Below are positions 38,408-51,040 of a stretch of DNA of 64,000 nt, piece by piece. How positions within the stretch are numbered: the stretch's first letter is position 1; the number at the start of each line of letters is the position of its first letter. Source of the DNA: Chiloscyllium plagiosum (taxonomy: Eukaryota); the NCBI RefSeq assembly GCF_004010195.1, contig NC_057718.1, positions 73,357,573 to 73,421,572 of the forward strand, in the 5' to 3' direction. A model generated the notes under the pieces. That model made no database searches, was not told where the DNA came from, and worked only from the letters and a program-made list of their open reading frames with translations. Position numbers and translations under genes: made by a program.

Positions 38408-38720
38408 CTCACCACCTGGCACGGCTTCAGTCTCCAGTTAGTTCTTGTCACCTTGAATTGTGGTTCATTGCCCAGAATCAGGAATCAGAGGAAAGATCCT
38501 ACCAGCTGCAGACAAATATGTTAAGATTCGGTGTTGGACTTCCTAACCTTTCACTAGATACCCTTTCGTCAACTTCTAACCGCAAACGAAACATTTCCTC
38601 TCGTAAACTGCAATCTCCTTCCCCGTGCAATATCTCCAGCTCAGGTCGAAGCGCTGTTCAGCTCGGAGATCCTGCAATCAGTCTTAACAACAATAGGACG
38701 GTGATGGGAGACTGATAGTT
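38408..38720 (-). other. Candidate non-coding 5' exon of the host gene (upstream boundary uncertain)
   Basis: Strong donor GAG|gtatgt at 38408/38407; CpG-containing unique sequence with no long ORF. Confidence 0.4.
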
Positions 38721-39100
38721 ACATTCATTAGCACGTTCTTAGTTTGTGTACATATTTTTCTACATATGTGTGTGCGTGTGCTTGTGGCACAGCGAGCAAA
38801 ATCCTCACCGAACTGGAAAGATTAGGGACGAGAGCTGATGAGCTTGGATGCTGGAGTAAACTGCTGCAGTTTTCCAGAAAGAACCAGTAAATGAATGCAT
38901 CTCCTAAGCCATCTGCAGAACACCAGGGGGAGCACCGAGAAAAGGGCGGCTCGCTGCCTGTACCACAGGTTCAAACTTCTCTGCCGGCTTCACCACATAG
39001 GACGGATAGGGAGTTGATGCCGTGAGATTCAGTTCATACATTCATAAAGGCAGTTCCGTACGATTCTGCCATTCACTGTCAATATGTAACGTTCTAAACA
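38700..39100. promoter_or_regulatory. Putative promoter region with CTCF-like site (38918-38936) and GC box (38944-38949)
   Basis: acaccagggggagcac resembles the CTCF core CCACCAGGGGGCGC; gggcgg follows. CpGs are retained here relative to the flanks. Confidence 0.5.
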
Positions 39101-39364
39101 TCTAGAAATAGCTGAGGGTGCTGAATGGATCGTTTTGCGAAAGATTAGTTTGATGAAACTTCATCAACTTTCCTCATGGGGACCTGGGTGTAATAGAACA
39201 ATTGTGAAGGACAAGAAGCAATATGATATAATTTATACCTATCATTTCCAAACAGTTCTAGTTAATCTGCTGCACTTTCACACATCGGCAGCAAGGCCCA
39301 AATGTAACACAATTCTCTTGCTTATGTTTTAGTCACTAATATGCAAAAATCTAAATACTTTGAT

Positions 39365-40770
39365 TTAGAGTCATAGAGATGTACAGCATAGAAACAGACT
39401 CTTCGGTCCAACCCGTCCATGCCGACCAGGTATCCCAACCCGATCTAGTCCCACCTGCCAGCACTCGGTCCATATCTCTCCAAACCTTCCTATTCATGTA
39501 CCCATCCAAATGCCTTTTAAATGATCAATTGTACAGCCTCCACTACTTCCTCTGGCAGCTCATTCAATACACGTACCACCCTCTGCGTGAAAAAGTTGCC
39601 CCTTAGGTCTCTTTTATATCTTTCCCCTCTCACCCTAAACCTATGCCCTCTAGTTCTGGACTCGCCCACCACAGGGAAAAGACTTTGTCTATTTATCCAA
39701 TCCATGCCCCTCATAATTTTGTAAACCTTTATAAGGTCAGCCCTCAGCCTCCGACACTCCAGGGAAAACAGCCCCAGCCTATTCAGCCTCTCCCCATAGC
39801 TCAAAGCCTTCAAACCTGGCAACATCCTTGTAAATCTTTTCTGAACCCTTTCAAGTTTCACAATATCATTCTGATAGTAAGGAGACCAGAATTGCAAGCA
39901 ATATTCCAACAGTCGCCTAACCAATGTCCTGTTTAGCCGCAACATGACGTCCCAGCTCCTGTACTCAATACTCTGACCAATAAAGGGAAGCGTACCAAAC
40001 GCCTTCTTCACTATCCTATCTACCTGCGACTCCACTTTCAAGGAGCTATGAACATGCACTCCAAGGTCTCTTTGTTCAGCAACACANNNNCATTTATCTG
40101 AATTAAACTCCATCTGCCACTTCTCAGCCCATTGGCCCATCTGGTTAAGACCCTGTTGTAACCTGGTTAAGATCCTGTTGTCCACTACACCTCCAATTTT
40201 GGTGTCATCTGCAAACTTACTAATTGTACCTCTTATGCTCGCGTCCAAATCATTTATGTAAATGACAAAATGTAGAGGACCCAGCACCGATCCTTGTGGC
40301 ACTCCACTGGTCACAGGCCTCCAGTCTGAAAAACAACCCTCTACCACCACCAGTTTGAGCCAGTTCTGTATCCAAATGGCTAGTTCTCCCTTGATTCCGT
40401 GAGATCTAACCTTGCTAGCCTGTCTCCCATGTGGAAGCTTGTCGAGTGCCTCACTGAAGTCCATATAGATCACATATGGAGGGCACCTGCTCTGCCCTCA
40501 TCAATCCCCTTTGTTACTTCTTCAAAACACTCAGTCAAGTTTGTGAGACATGATTTCCTACGCACAAAGCCATGTTGACTATTCCTAATCAGTCCTTGCC
40601 TTTCCAGATACATGTACATCCTGTCCCTCAGGATTTCCTCCAACAACTTGCCCACCACGAATGTCAGGCTCACTGTCTATAGTTCCCTGGCTTGTCTTTA
40701 TCACCCGTCTTAAACAGTGGCACCACGTTAGCCAACCTCCAGTCTTCTGGCACCTCACCTGTGACTGTCA
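39365..40770 (-). mobile_element. CR1/HER1 LINE, 5'-truncated
   Basis: ORFs 39517-40473 (GVPQGSVLGP, KFADDTK) and 40470-40673. Confidence 0.95.
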
Positions 40771-41251
40771 TATTTAATCGTATTTCATTTCAAATAAGAA
40801 TACTAGGGACAAATGGAAAACAGAATTAACCTAAACTGATTGGTTGGTTTGGCTTGGTTCCTGTTATTGTCTGAGGAGCATGAAAATGCCTGACTGATGT
40901 CTGAAACAAAAACAGAAATCACTGGAAAATCTCAGCAAATCTGGCAGCATCTGTGGATAGAAATCCTTCTTCAGAACTGATCGTAGCTAGGAAAAGGATG
41001 GTTTTTAATACAGAAGATGGGGTGAGGAGGAAGGAGAGAGAATAGGTGGAAATAAAGCCCAAAGAGAGAGAAAAACAGTTGAACAAAGGAATAGTTAAAG
41101 GTCAGTTTGGGGACTATTCATGATTGTCAATGGGTACTGTGTGGTAGCAGCCCTTATGATGCCAAAGTCTGATGTCTAGGTGTGTGGGAAAGCATGGAAA
41201 AAGGTGCTCAAGCCATAAAATTGTTGCACTTGATATTGAGACCAGAAAGTT

Positions 41252-44200
41252 TGTTATGAAGGTGAAGGCATTTACTGTACCTTTAAGAGAAACTGAATGC
41301 TGTTCTGAACTGAGAGATTACAAGCACCTGTGTACAGCCTAGGCGGGGGCTGGGTATTGAATTAGTGCCCAATCTCCATCTTCATCTCTGTGAGTAAAGT
41401 TTACCCAGGCAGAACAGAAAAAGAAGGGAAAGAAGTTACAATTTTGAGAGATACGGGATCTAATTAGTGTCGAGAGCGTGGTGCTGGAACAGCACAGCAA
41501 GTCAGGCAGCATCCGAGGAGCAGGAGAATCGACATTTTGGGCATAAGCTGATCTCCAGCATCTGCAGTCCTCATTTTCTCCTTGGGATCTAATCAATCTC
41601 TAATAGAAAGAGATGAACGTACTTGCACGCTTTCTGACATGTTACCCAAGAGAGTGGTAATTTGTGGAATAAATGGACAGAAATTTAGCATTCCCATGAG
41701 TAAGATTTAGTTAGAGAGCCAAATCAAGACTGGGGAAGTAACAGTGGGAGAGATTGACAGAGTGTCAGTTCCAGGAATCCAGTTTGCTCTTAGGAATGAT
41801 TCAGCAGGATCCAAGGTGGGAGTGACACCCCTTATGGTGGAGAAGCCAAAAGTACCAGGGAATTGACGAGTTAAAAGAAAAATACGCTGGAATTTTCCCA
41901 GATTATGCAGGAACAAAATCCCACTGTTATAAGTCACAGCACGAAGCATAAACTAAAGAGCAAGATGAAGGAGTTGAGGTTCAGTTAGCTTTTGATGTAA
42001 TGGTGCATGAAAAATCTGTACAGGCAGAGGATCAGGCAGAAGTGTTTAGTCCTGAAAGGCTAATGGACTTTTAACAGAAAGATGAGACAATAAAATATAT
42101 ATGTCTGCAGTCCTCATTTTCTCTTAGGGATCTAATCAGTTTCTAATAGAAAGAGATGAACGCATTTGCACTCTTTCTGACAAGTTACCCAAGAAAGTGG
42201 TAATTTGTGGAATAGATGTGTACTCAGAAAAGGAATCAGAAGTATTCCTGAGAGTTATTATCTTAAAGATAGAATCCTAAGATTAAAATGGAGACCATGG
42301 CAGGTGAGTGCAGAGGAGAAATGGAAGTGCTCCAGGTTGTGTTGCTGGTAGCATACAGACAGGAAGTGTTATGGGTAGCACATGGGTAGGAGGTCACCTA
42401 GGTGTGAGGAAGCCTCAAACTAAGGTACAAAAGCACTTCTATTGGCCTGGACTGGACAATGATGTGATTAAATTTTGCTGTACATGTCATGCGTGCCAAA
42501 TGTAGGTAAGCCACAGGCAATAATAAAACCAGCATCTTTGTTAATAATCCCCGCATTCAAAGAGCCTTTCATGCGGGTTATGTTCAATTGTGTAGGTCCC
42601 CTCCCTTAAACTAAAAACAGGAACCAGTACTTGCTAACCATATTGGATGCATCTACCAGATTTCTGGAGGCCATTCCATTAAAGAGTATTGAGGCAAAAA
42701 GGGTGATGGAGGAGTTAGTAGCTTTCTTTACTTGGTATTGACTACCTAGAGAGATTCAGTCAGACTCAGGGTCTAATTTTACTGCTATGCTATTTAAGGA
42801 AGTCATGGATAGTTTAACAGGACTTTAAATCAAACGCATACCATTCTGAATCCCAGGGAGCTTTGGAAAGGTGGCAGCAGACTCTGAAGACCATGTTAAG
42901 AGCATATTGTCAGGATTGCGTGAATGATTTGGATAAAGGTATCCCATTCATATTGTTTGCCATTAGAGATGCCCCAATTGAATCATCTCAGTTTACTCCC
43001 TTTGAGTTAATACTTGGCCATGAAGTAGGAGGGCCTTTGAAATTAATTAAAGAAAAATGGACAGGATCGAAGTCGGAGATCTCACATTGGATTATGTATC
43101 TGAGGTGAGAGAGAGATTAAGTCAGTTAGATGAGTTAGCTAAACAGAATCTGAAAAGGGCACAGCATAGAATGAAGCAAGTGGCAGATAAAAACTCTGGA
43201 ATTCAGACTTTTTCCCATAGGGATGACTTATTAGTATTGTTACCAGTGGTAAGAGATCATTTCAATGAAAAGCTTAGTGGTCCCTATCAAATTGAGAAAA
43301 AGTTGAGTCAGCTAAATGATTGGTAAAGATGCCAGATAGAAAAAAAAAACTGTCATGTGAATATGTTGAAACCTTATTATAATAGAGACAGGGAACTGGA
43401 GAAGCAGGTGTTAGTTACTGCAGAGTGAGGAATCAAATACAGATGTTATGGAGTTTGATGTGCCTCAAAATACACTAAATAATGAGGAACTCCTTGAGGA
43501 CTGGGATAGATTAGTGAACTATCTGTCTTTGGAGCAAAGAATCCAGTTGAAAATTGTATTGCAGCAGTATGAGGACATATGAAGGAATAAGGTGGGGAGG
43601 ACTAATACTATTGTGCATGAGGTGGAATTAGGGAATACTATTCCAATTAAAAAAAACACCACTACAAGGCTAATCCTTTCAAAGAAACACAGGTCCAGAA
43701 GGAAGTGGATGTGAAAATATCATCAAACTGAGTCAGAGTGAGTGGAGTTTGCCAATCGTGTTTGTTCCCAAACCTGACAGGACTCAACAATTTGGTGTGG
43801 ACTAACGGAAGGTCAATGCTTTAAACAAATTGGACTCCTATCCAATACCAAGTTTGGAGGACTGTGTAGAGAAAGTTGGACAAGCCACTTTCATCACAAA
43901 GTTGGACTTACTGTGTGGTTATTGGCAGGTACCTTTATCAGATAAAGGAAAGACGTTTCTGCATTTCTAACCCCAAGTGGGCTATATCAATTCAAAGTGA
44001 TACCCTTTGGAATGAAGAACACAAAATTTCAATGGACAGAACAATGCCAGGAGGCATTTGACAATCTAAAAGCAGTACTAACCACCACACCAGTTTCTGC
44101 TAGCAATATAGGAGTTGGAACTGTACTGCTACAGGAAGTTGATGATGAAATTGAACAGCCAATTGGCTACTTTTCAAAGAAACACCCACAGAGAAACTAC

Positions 44201-45385
44201 TCTACCGTCAAAAAAGAATTATTGAGTTTGATACAGACCTTACAGCATTTTAATATTTATGTCACGAGCAATGTGTTGGAGACAGTTATATACAGTGACC
44301 ACAATCCTCTTACATTCTTGGAAAGATTTAAAGACAAAAATATGAGACTATTTCATTCGAGTCCTATGTTACAGACTTTTAATTTACAAATTGTACATGT
44401 TGGGGGCCATAACAATATGATAACAGATGTGTTATTGTGGATTTAAAGGAAAAAGTATAAATAAGATTGGACAGATTCCAATGTTTTATATATATGTGTG
44501 CAGAAATTAATATGAACTTAGATTAATGACCTATGTATTTCATTGTAACAGGATTAAGAATAAGAAAAACAAGAAGGCATCTTTTCATTATGATGGTTCA
44601 ATTTTTTCTTAAACAGCGAGGTATTATGAAGTTGAAGGCATGTACTGTACCTTTAATAGGGATGAATGCTGTTGTGAACTGAGAGTTTATAAGCACCTGT
44701 GTATATGACTAGATGGTAGTCCCAGAATGCACTTGGAAATTGAAAATATGTAACATTTGGCTGTGAAATGGATACCTGAGTTTTGGTTGCTTTTTTAACA
44801 ACAATTTGAATTTAACCAGTTTAAATTATGCCGCAGGATACTAAAACCCAATCAAGTTTGAATTTATTGTTTTGCCAACATTGAACCATTAATATGATCT
44901 GATGTTAGGGATACAATAATACAGACATGTTGAAAATTGCAGAGAGAACAGCTGCCATCAAGATAGATCCAAGAAATTATGAAACACTCTCTATCAAAGG
45001 TACCTCATCATATGAAACATGATCAGAATAAAAGGAAAGAAGATAATCCAGGGAATTCAGCAACTGGAAAACTGAAGACACCAAAGACGACAGTAACTGT
45101 ATGGTTTTGAAATTACATTGATGTAATTTTAATAAGTGTCTTATTGGAATAGCATATTGTTATGGAGTTGGAGGCAGATAATATGCAGTTAAAAGAAACA
45201 GGTCTTAGATCTGTGAATAGTCATTGTTTAACGTTCACTTTTAGATTTAAAAAATAATTTGATGTTATTTTCTTTAAATAGTTGAATTTGGGGGTTCTGT
45301 GTCACTCATATTTTCACAGATTTTGAGGTGAGCTTTTCTGGGTGTTTGGTTTAATTAACAAGGGATTTACCTCCGTGTCATAACA
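41252..45385 (+). mobile_element. Gmr1-like Gypsy LTR retrotransposon (decayed): truncated 5' LTR, PR, IN, RT, RH, 3' LTR 44622-45385
   Basis: ILRDTGS protease at about 41440; GGHLG...HFYWPGL...CCTCHACQ integrase zinc finger at 42380-42500; integrase core; then RT (43590-44020) and RNase H (ORF 43997-44446). Flanks agtt/ggtt. Confidence 0.9.
41465..41583. mobile_element. Short inverted PLE pLTR insertion in the protease region
   Basis: Minus arm joined to a plus-strand tail; TSD gggatctaat at 41455-41464 and 41584-41593. Confidence 0.8.
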
Positions 45386-45481
45386 GGTTACAGGGTTCCC
45401 AAGCAGAAGATGAGGTGTTGTTCTTCCAGCTTGCTTTGAGCTTTGCTGGAGCACTACAGCAAGCCTGAGATAGCAATGTTT

Positions 45482-45810
45482 TAGATTAGATTAGATTACA
45501 TTACAGTGTGGAAACAGGCCCTTCAGCCCAACAAGTCCATACCGACCCGCCGAAGCGCAACCCACCCATACCCCAACCCCTACATTTACATTTACCCCTT
45601 CCCTAACACTACAGGCAATTTAGTATGGCCAATTCACCTGACCTGCACATCTTTGGACTGTGGGAGGAAACTGGAGCACCCGGAGGAAACCCATGCAGAC
45701 ACGGAGAGAACGTGCAAACTCCACACAGTCAGTTGCCTGAGGCGGGAATTGAACCCGGGTCTCTGGCGCTGTGAGGCAGCAGTGCTAACCACTGTGCCAC
45801 CGTGCCGCCC
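45482..45810 (-). mobile_element. HE1 SINE
   Basis: Full head and (tagat)n tail. Confidence 0.9.
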
Positions 45811-47082
45811 ACAACAGGGAACAGAGTGGTGTGTTGAAGTGGTAAGCAACTGGAAGCTCAGGTCCTTTTTTGCAGACAGGACAAAGGTGTTCTGCAAAGC
45901 ATACACCCAGTCTGTGCTTCATTTCTCCAATGTAGAGGAGATCACATTGTGATTATGAATATAGGAGACTAGACTGAGTGAAGTACAGGTAAGTGCTGCT
46001 CCACCAAGGTAAAAGGCCTGAACTGTCCCAATCAACCACCCTGGACGAGCTCATCCTCAGCCTGACTAACTTCTCTTTTGGCTCCTCTCATAATCTTAAG
46101 GTCGAAAGGGTGGCCACGAGCTTAAACATCTTTCCCCATGCTTTGCAATCTTCGGTCTCACTTCACCTGATCCATTTCAGACTCCTCCCTTTTCTCCCTC
46201 GACCGTCTCTGTTTCTTTTCTGTATTTTTTATTCTAATGGTAGCAAACAATTTGTACATGGTCAGAGCCTATAATCAGTAATATAATAAATCACCTCCTA
46301 ATTTGGTTTGATGATTTTGGCTAGATGGGTCAGTATATTAAGATTAGGGAAATGCGACCATGTAGAAAATCCTGCCTGTTGAGTACAAAAGTAGGGAAGC
46401 TGTATTAAATCTTAGGGCTCAACTGAGCCACTACATTCAGTCCTTCCTCTATACTTTAGGAAGGATGTGTGGATCAAAGAGCAGTAATAACAAAGAGACA
46501 GGCCATTCAGCCCATCATTCCTATATAAGCTCTTCAAGTAAGCATCTTTACCTAGTGGCAATCTTCTATTTTTTTCTTATACCATTTCTCATTACTTATT
46601 CTATCCCCATTTTATATTATCTTTCAATGTTCTCCCTTTCAAGTGCATCACTGCACTCTTCTTTGCATCTACCACTTAACCTTCCATCCAACTTTTCAAT
46701 CACCTTTTGGTGTTCCACATTATCTCCTCACTGTTTGCAATTCTTCCAATTTTCTTCATCTTCTGATTTAAATCATAAATCTGATGTGTTGCACTGTTCA
46801 AATGCTTTCTGTTCTGTTCAGTTACTGCTTTTCCCCACTAACCTCTTAATCCAATCAATCCTGCCCAGCTCTTTTCTTGCCCCATTGAAGTCAGCTCTCT
46901 GCAAATCAATTTTTCTCACTCTGGAATGTTACACATAATTTTCCACTTTCATCCTGAGTCTTACAATACAATGATCACTGTCTCTTAAATATTCCTCCAC
47001 TGACACATGGTCTTCTTGACCCAGCTCATTTTCAAGGACCAAAAAAAACAATGTATCCTTTTTTGTTGAAGTAGACACCTAT

Positions 47083-47224
47083 AGGTAAAAACAAGGATTG
47101 CAGATGCTGGAAACCAAATTCTAGATTAAAGTGGTGCTGGAAAAGCACAGCAGTTCAGGCAGCATCCTGCTCCTTGGATGCTGCCTGAATTGCTGTGCTT
47201 TTCCAGCACCACTCTAATCTAGAA
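47083..47224. mobile_element. Short inverted PLE pLTR pair with the hammerhead deleted
   Basis: ttctagattaaagtggtgctggaaaagcacagcagttcaggcagcatcc is mirrored after an 8-nt spacer; only the left arm has the tail. Confidence 0.8.
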
Positions 47225-47720
47225 CCTACTGCTGTATGAAACTTTCCTTAATGCAATCTAGGAACAATTGTCCCTCACTGCCCCTTATACTACCAATATA
47301 ACAGTATATATTTGTTTAGTTGATGTCCTCCATTATAACTATTCCATAATGTTGTCATTTCTCTGTTGTTTCCTCGCAGATTTGCTCCTCTACATGCTTT
47401 CTACTTCTTGAATAGAATAAAGTAGAATAGAGGATCCTTTATTGTCACATGTACTCAAGTACATAAGTACAGGAGGAGCGTGAAGTGTTTCCAATGTCAC
47501 TGAACAAAATACCAAGGTAAAGATCTGAGACACAAAATGCAGGAATAAAAGAAAAAGAAAGTAAAAAAATCAGTTACACTACTTATGGTTGTTCATGGTA
47601 TAAGTTAGAAAAGTTAGAATAAAGTTAAGAATATCAGCATTACAATCTTTCAATAGATCAGTGCAGGGACTTCCATATGTGGTCTGCCTGAGCTCACAAG
47701 CTGCTGATTGCCAACACTGA

Positions 47721-48098
47721 TCTCCAGTCCACCAATCATCCCGCTCCACTCAGGTCTCTAGCCCAACAACCATCCCACTCCACTCAGGTCACTAGTCCAA
47801 CAACCATCCCACTCCACTCAGGTCACTAGTCCAAGAACCATCCCACTCCACTCGGGTCACTATTCCAAGAAACATACCACTCCACTTGGGTCACTAGTCC
47901 AAGAACCATCCCACTCCACTCGGGTCACTAGTCCAAGAACCATACCACTCCACTCAGGTCTCCAGTCCAAGAACCATACCACTCCACTCGGGTCTCCAGT
48001 CCAACAACCATCCCACTCCACTCGGGTCTCCAGTCCAAGAACCATATCATTCCACTTGGGTCTCCAGTCCAACAATCATCCCACTCCACTCAGGTCTC
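47721..48098. repeat. 34-bp minisatellite, about 11 copies
   Basis: Unit ccaa(c/g)aaccatcccactccactc(a/g)ggtc(a/t)c(t/c)agt. Confidence 0.95.
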
Positions 48099-50867
48099 AG
48101 GGAGGGTGGAAAAAGAGGAGGAGGTGTAGCATGGGTAATCAGAGATTGCATCACAGCTGCAGAAATGAAGGTTGTTGAGGAAGGTTTGTCGACTGAGTCA
48201 GGATGGGTGGAAGTTAGGAATAGCAAGGGAGCAGCCACCTCATTGAGGGTTTTCAACAGACCCCCTAATTGCAGTAGGGAGATTTAAGAACTCATAGGCC
48301 GGCAGATTTTGGAAAAATACAGATGTAGCAGGGTTGTTGTTATGGGTGACTTCAACTTTCCCAATATTGACTGGAACGTCCTTAGTACAGACGGTTTGGA
48401 TGGAGCCGTTTTTGTCAGGTGTGTTCAGGAGGGTTTCCTTACTCAGTATGTAGATAGGCCAATGAGAGGAGAAAGTGAGGTCTGCAGATGCTGGAGATCA
48501 GAGCTGGAAATGTGTTGCTGGAAAAGCGCAGCAGGTCAGGCAGCATCCAGGGAACAGGAGAATCGACGTTTCGGGCATAAGCCCTTCTTCAGGAAAGGAG
48601 AGGAGAGGCCATTTTGGATTTGTTGCTCTGCAAGGAGCCGGGACAGGTGTTAGATCTTGCACTGGGAAAACACTTTGGTGACAGTGACCACAACTGCCTC
48701 ACATTTACCATATAAATTTACATTTACCCTTGAAGAGGGAAAGGAGCAGTTACCAAGGGAAGATATTTAATTGGGGAAAAGGAAATTATGACGCTATCAG
48801 CCAGGAGTTGGGAAGTACAGATTGGGAGCAATTGTTCCACAGAAAGGGCACAACAGACATATGGAGACTGTTTAAGGGGCAGTTGTTGTGAGTGATGCAC
48901 AAATTTATTCCTCTGAGACAGGCAAGAAGGGGTAAGATTAAGGAGCCTTGGATGACAAGAACAGAGGAGCTTCACATCAAAAGGAAGAAGGCAGCTACAT
49001 AAGGTGGAGGAAACAAGGATCTAGCACAGCTTGATTAGATTACTTACAGTGTGGCAACAGGCCCTTCGGCCCAATAAGTCCACACCGACCCTCCAAAGAG
49101 CAACCCACCCAGACCCATTCCCCTACACTTACCCCTTCACCTAACACTACGGACAATTTAGCATGGCCAATTCACCTAACCTGCACATTTTTGGACTGTG
49201 GGAAGAAACCAGAGCATCTGGAGGAAACTCACGCAGACACGGGGATAATGTGCAAACTCCACACAGACAGTTGCCTGAGGCGGGAATTGAACCGGGTCTC
49301 TGGCGCTGTGAGGTAGCAGTGCTAACCACTTTAGAGGATTGCAGGCTTACTAGAAAGGAACTCAGAAATGGACTGCGGAGAGCTTGGCAGAAAGAATTAG
49401 GGAGAACCCAAAGGCATTTTACTCATATGTGAGGAATAAGAGAATGATCAGGGAGAAGGTAGGGCTGGTCAGGAATAGCGTAGGGAACTTGTGCATGGAG
49501 TCTGAGCAGATAGATTAGATTAGATTAGATTATATTACAGCGTGGAAACAGGCCCTTCGGCCCAACAAGTCCACACCGACCCGCCGAAGCACAACCCACC
49601 CATGCCCCTACATTTACCCCGACCTAACACTACGGGCAATTTAGAATGGCCAATTCACCTGACCTGCACATCTTTGGACTGTGGGAGGAAACCCACGCAG
49701 ACACGGGGAGAACGTGCAAACTCCACACAGTCAGTCGCCTGAGGCAGGAATTGAACCCGGTTCTCAGGCGCTGTGAGGCAGCAGTGCTAACCACTGTGCC
49801 ACCGTGCCGCCCACGGGATGAGTTTTTGCTTCGGTTTTCACTAAGGGAAAGGGTCCTTGTTGTGAATGAGAACTTTCAGGTGTTAAGAAACAGGCTTGAC
49901 CAGATCAAGATTGATGAAGTTGATGTGCTGGCAAACATTAAGATTGATAAGTTCCCAGGGCCAGACCAGATTTATCCTAGGTTGGTCCAGGAAGTGAGAA
50001 AGGAGGTTACTAAGCTACTGGGGAAGATCTTTGCTTCCTCACTCTCCATGGGAGTTGTACCATAGGTTTGGAGGGAGGCAAATGTTGTTCCTCTTTTCAA
50101 GAAGGGGAATAGGGAAATCCCTGGCAATTACACACCAGTCAGTCTTACATCTGTGGTCAGCAAGTTATTGGAAAGAATTCTGAGGAATAGGATTTATGAT
50201 TATTTGGAAACATGTAGCGTGATTAAAGGCAGCCAGCATGGCTTTGTGAGGGGCAAGTCAAGCCTCACAAATCTTATTGAGTTCTTTGAGGAGGTGATGA
50301 GACAGGTCGATGAAGGTCGAGCAGTGGATGTGGTTTATTTGGACTTCAGCAAGGCATTTAACAAGTTTCCCCATGGTAGGCTCATTCATAAAGTCAGAAG
50401 GTATGGGACACAGGGAGATTTGGCTGTCAGGATTCAGAACTAGTTGGCTGACAGAAGGCAGAGAGTGGCTGTAGATGGAAAGTATTCTGCCTGGAAGTCA
50501 GTGGTGAGTGGTGTCCCGCAGGGCTCTGTTCTTGGGCATCTGCTCTTTGTAGTTTTTATAAATCACTTTGACGAGGAAGTTGTGGGGTGGGTTAGTAAAT
50601 TTGCTGGTTATACAAAGATTGGAGGTGCCGTTGAAAGTATCAAGGGCTATTGCAGGCTGCAGCGTGATATAGACAAGTTGCAGAGCTGGGCTGAAGCAGA
50701 GTCAGTAGCGACACTTAAGTGACTGCTGGACATGCACATGTACAGTAGTGAATTGAGGGGTGCGAAGGTTATGTTATTTTATCTTAGATTTGGAATAATC
50801 CTCGGCACAACATCGTGGGCCGAAGGGCTTGTTCTGTGCTGTACGTCTCTATGTTCTGTATTCTATG
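48099..50867 (+). mobile_element. CR1 LINE (EN to RT, internally deleted, with 3' tail) hosting a PLE pLTR (48470-48597, -) and two HE1 SINEs (49034-49330 and 49508-49813, -)
   Basis: RGGGVA and MGDFNFPNIDW (APE endonuclease), QHGF, YLDFSKAF, GVPQGSVLG and a (tatgttc) tail. Confidence 0.9.
48561..48593 (-). ncRNA. Minimal hammerhead ribozyme motif (family A), intact core
   Basis: Reverse complement cctgaagaagggcttatgcccgaaacgtcgatt is identical to the copy at 360-392. Confidence 0.7.
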
Positions 50868-51040
50868 TCTCCAGCCCGCTGGCAGTCCCCGCTCCATTTA
50901 GGTCTCCAGCCCACTGGCTGTCTCCTCCAGCCCACTGGCCATCCTTACTTCACCTGGGTCTCCAGCCCACCGGCCACCCCTACTCCACCTGGGTCTCCAG
51001 CCCACTGACCATCCCTACTCCACCCTGGTCTTCAGCCACA
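50868..51040. repeat. Continuation of the 34-bp minisatellite (variant units)
   Basis: ctccagcccactggccatccctactccacctgggt units. Confidence 0.8.

Larger units (their letters stand above)
40900..46120 (-). mobile_element. Degenerate PLE split by the Gmr1-like element (pieces at about 40900-41251 and 45386-46120)
   Basis: gcagaagatgaggtgttgttcttccagcttg encodes KLEEQHLIFCLG on the minus strand and continues across the LTR element. Confidence 0.6.

Noticed and set aside
47721..48098. Regular 34-bp repeats as a CRISPR array
   Set aside because: Head-to-tail units without unique spacers, no cas genes, and a vertebrate context.
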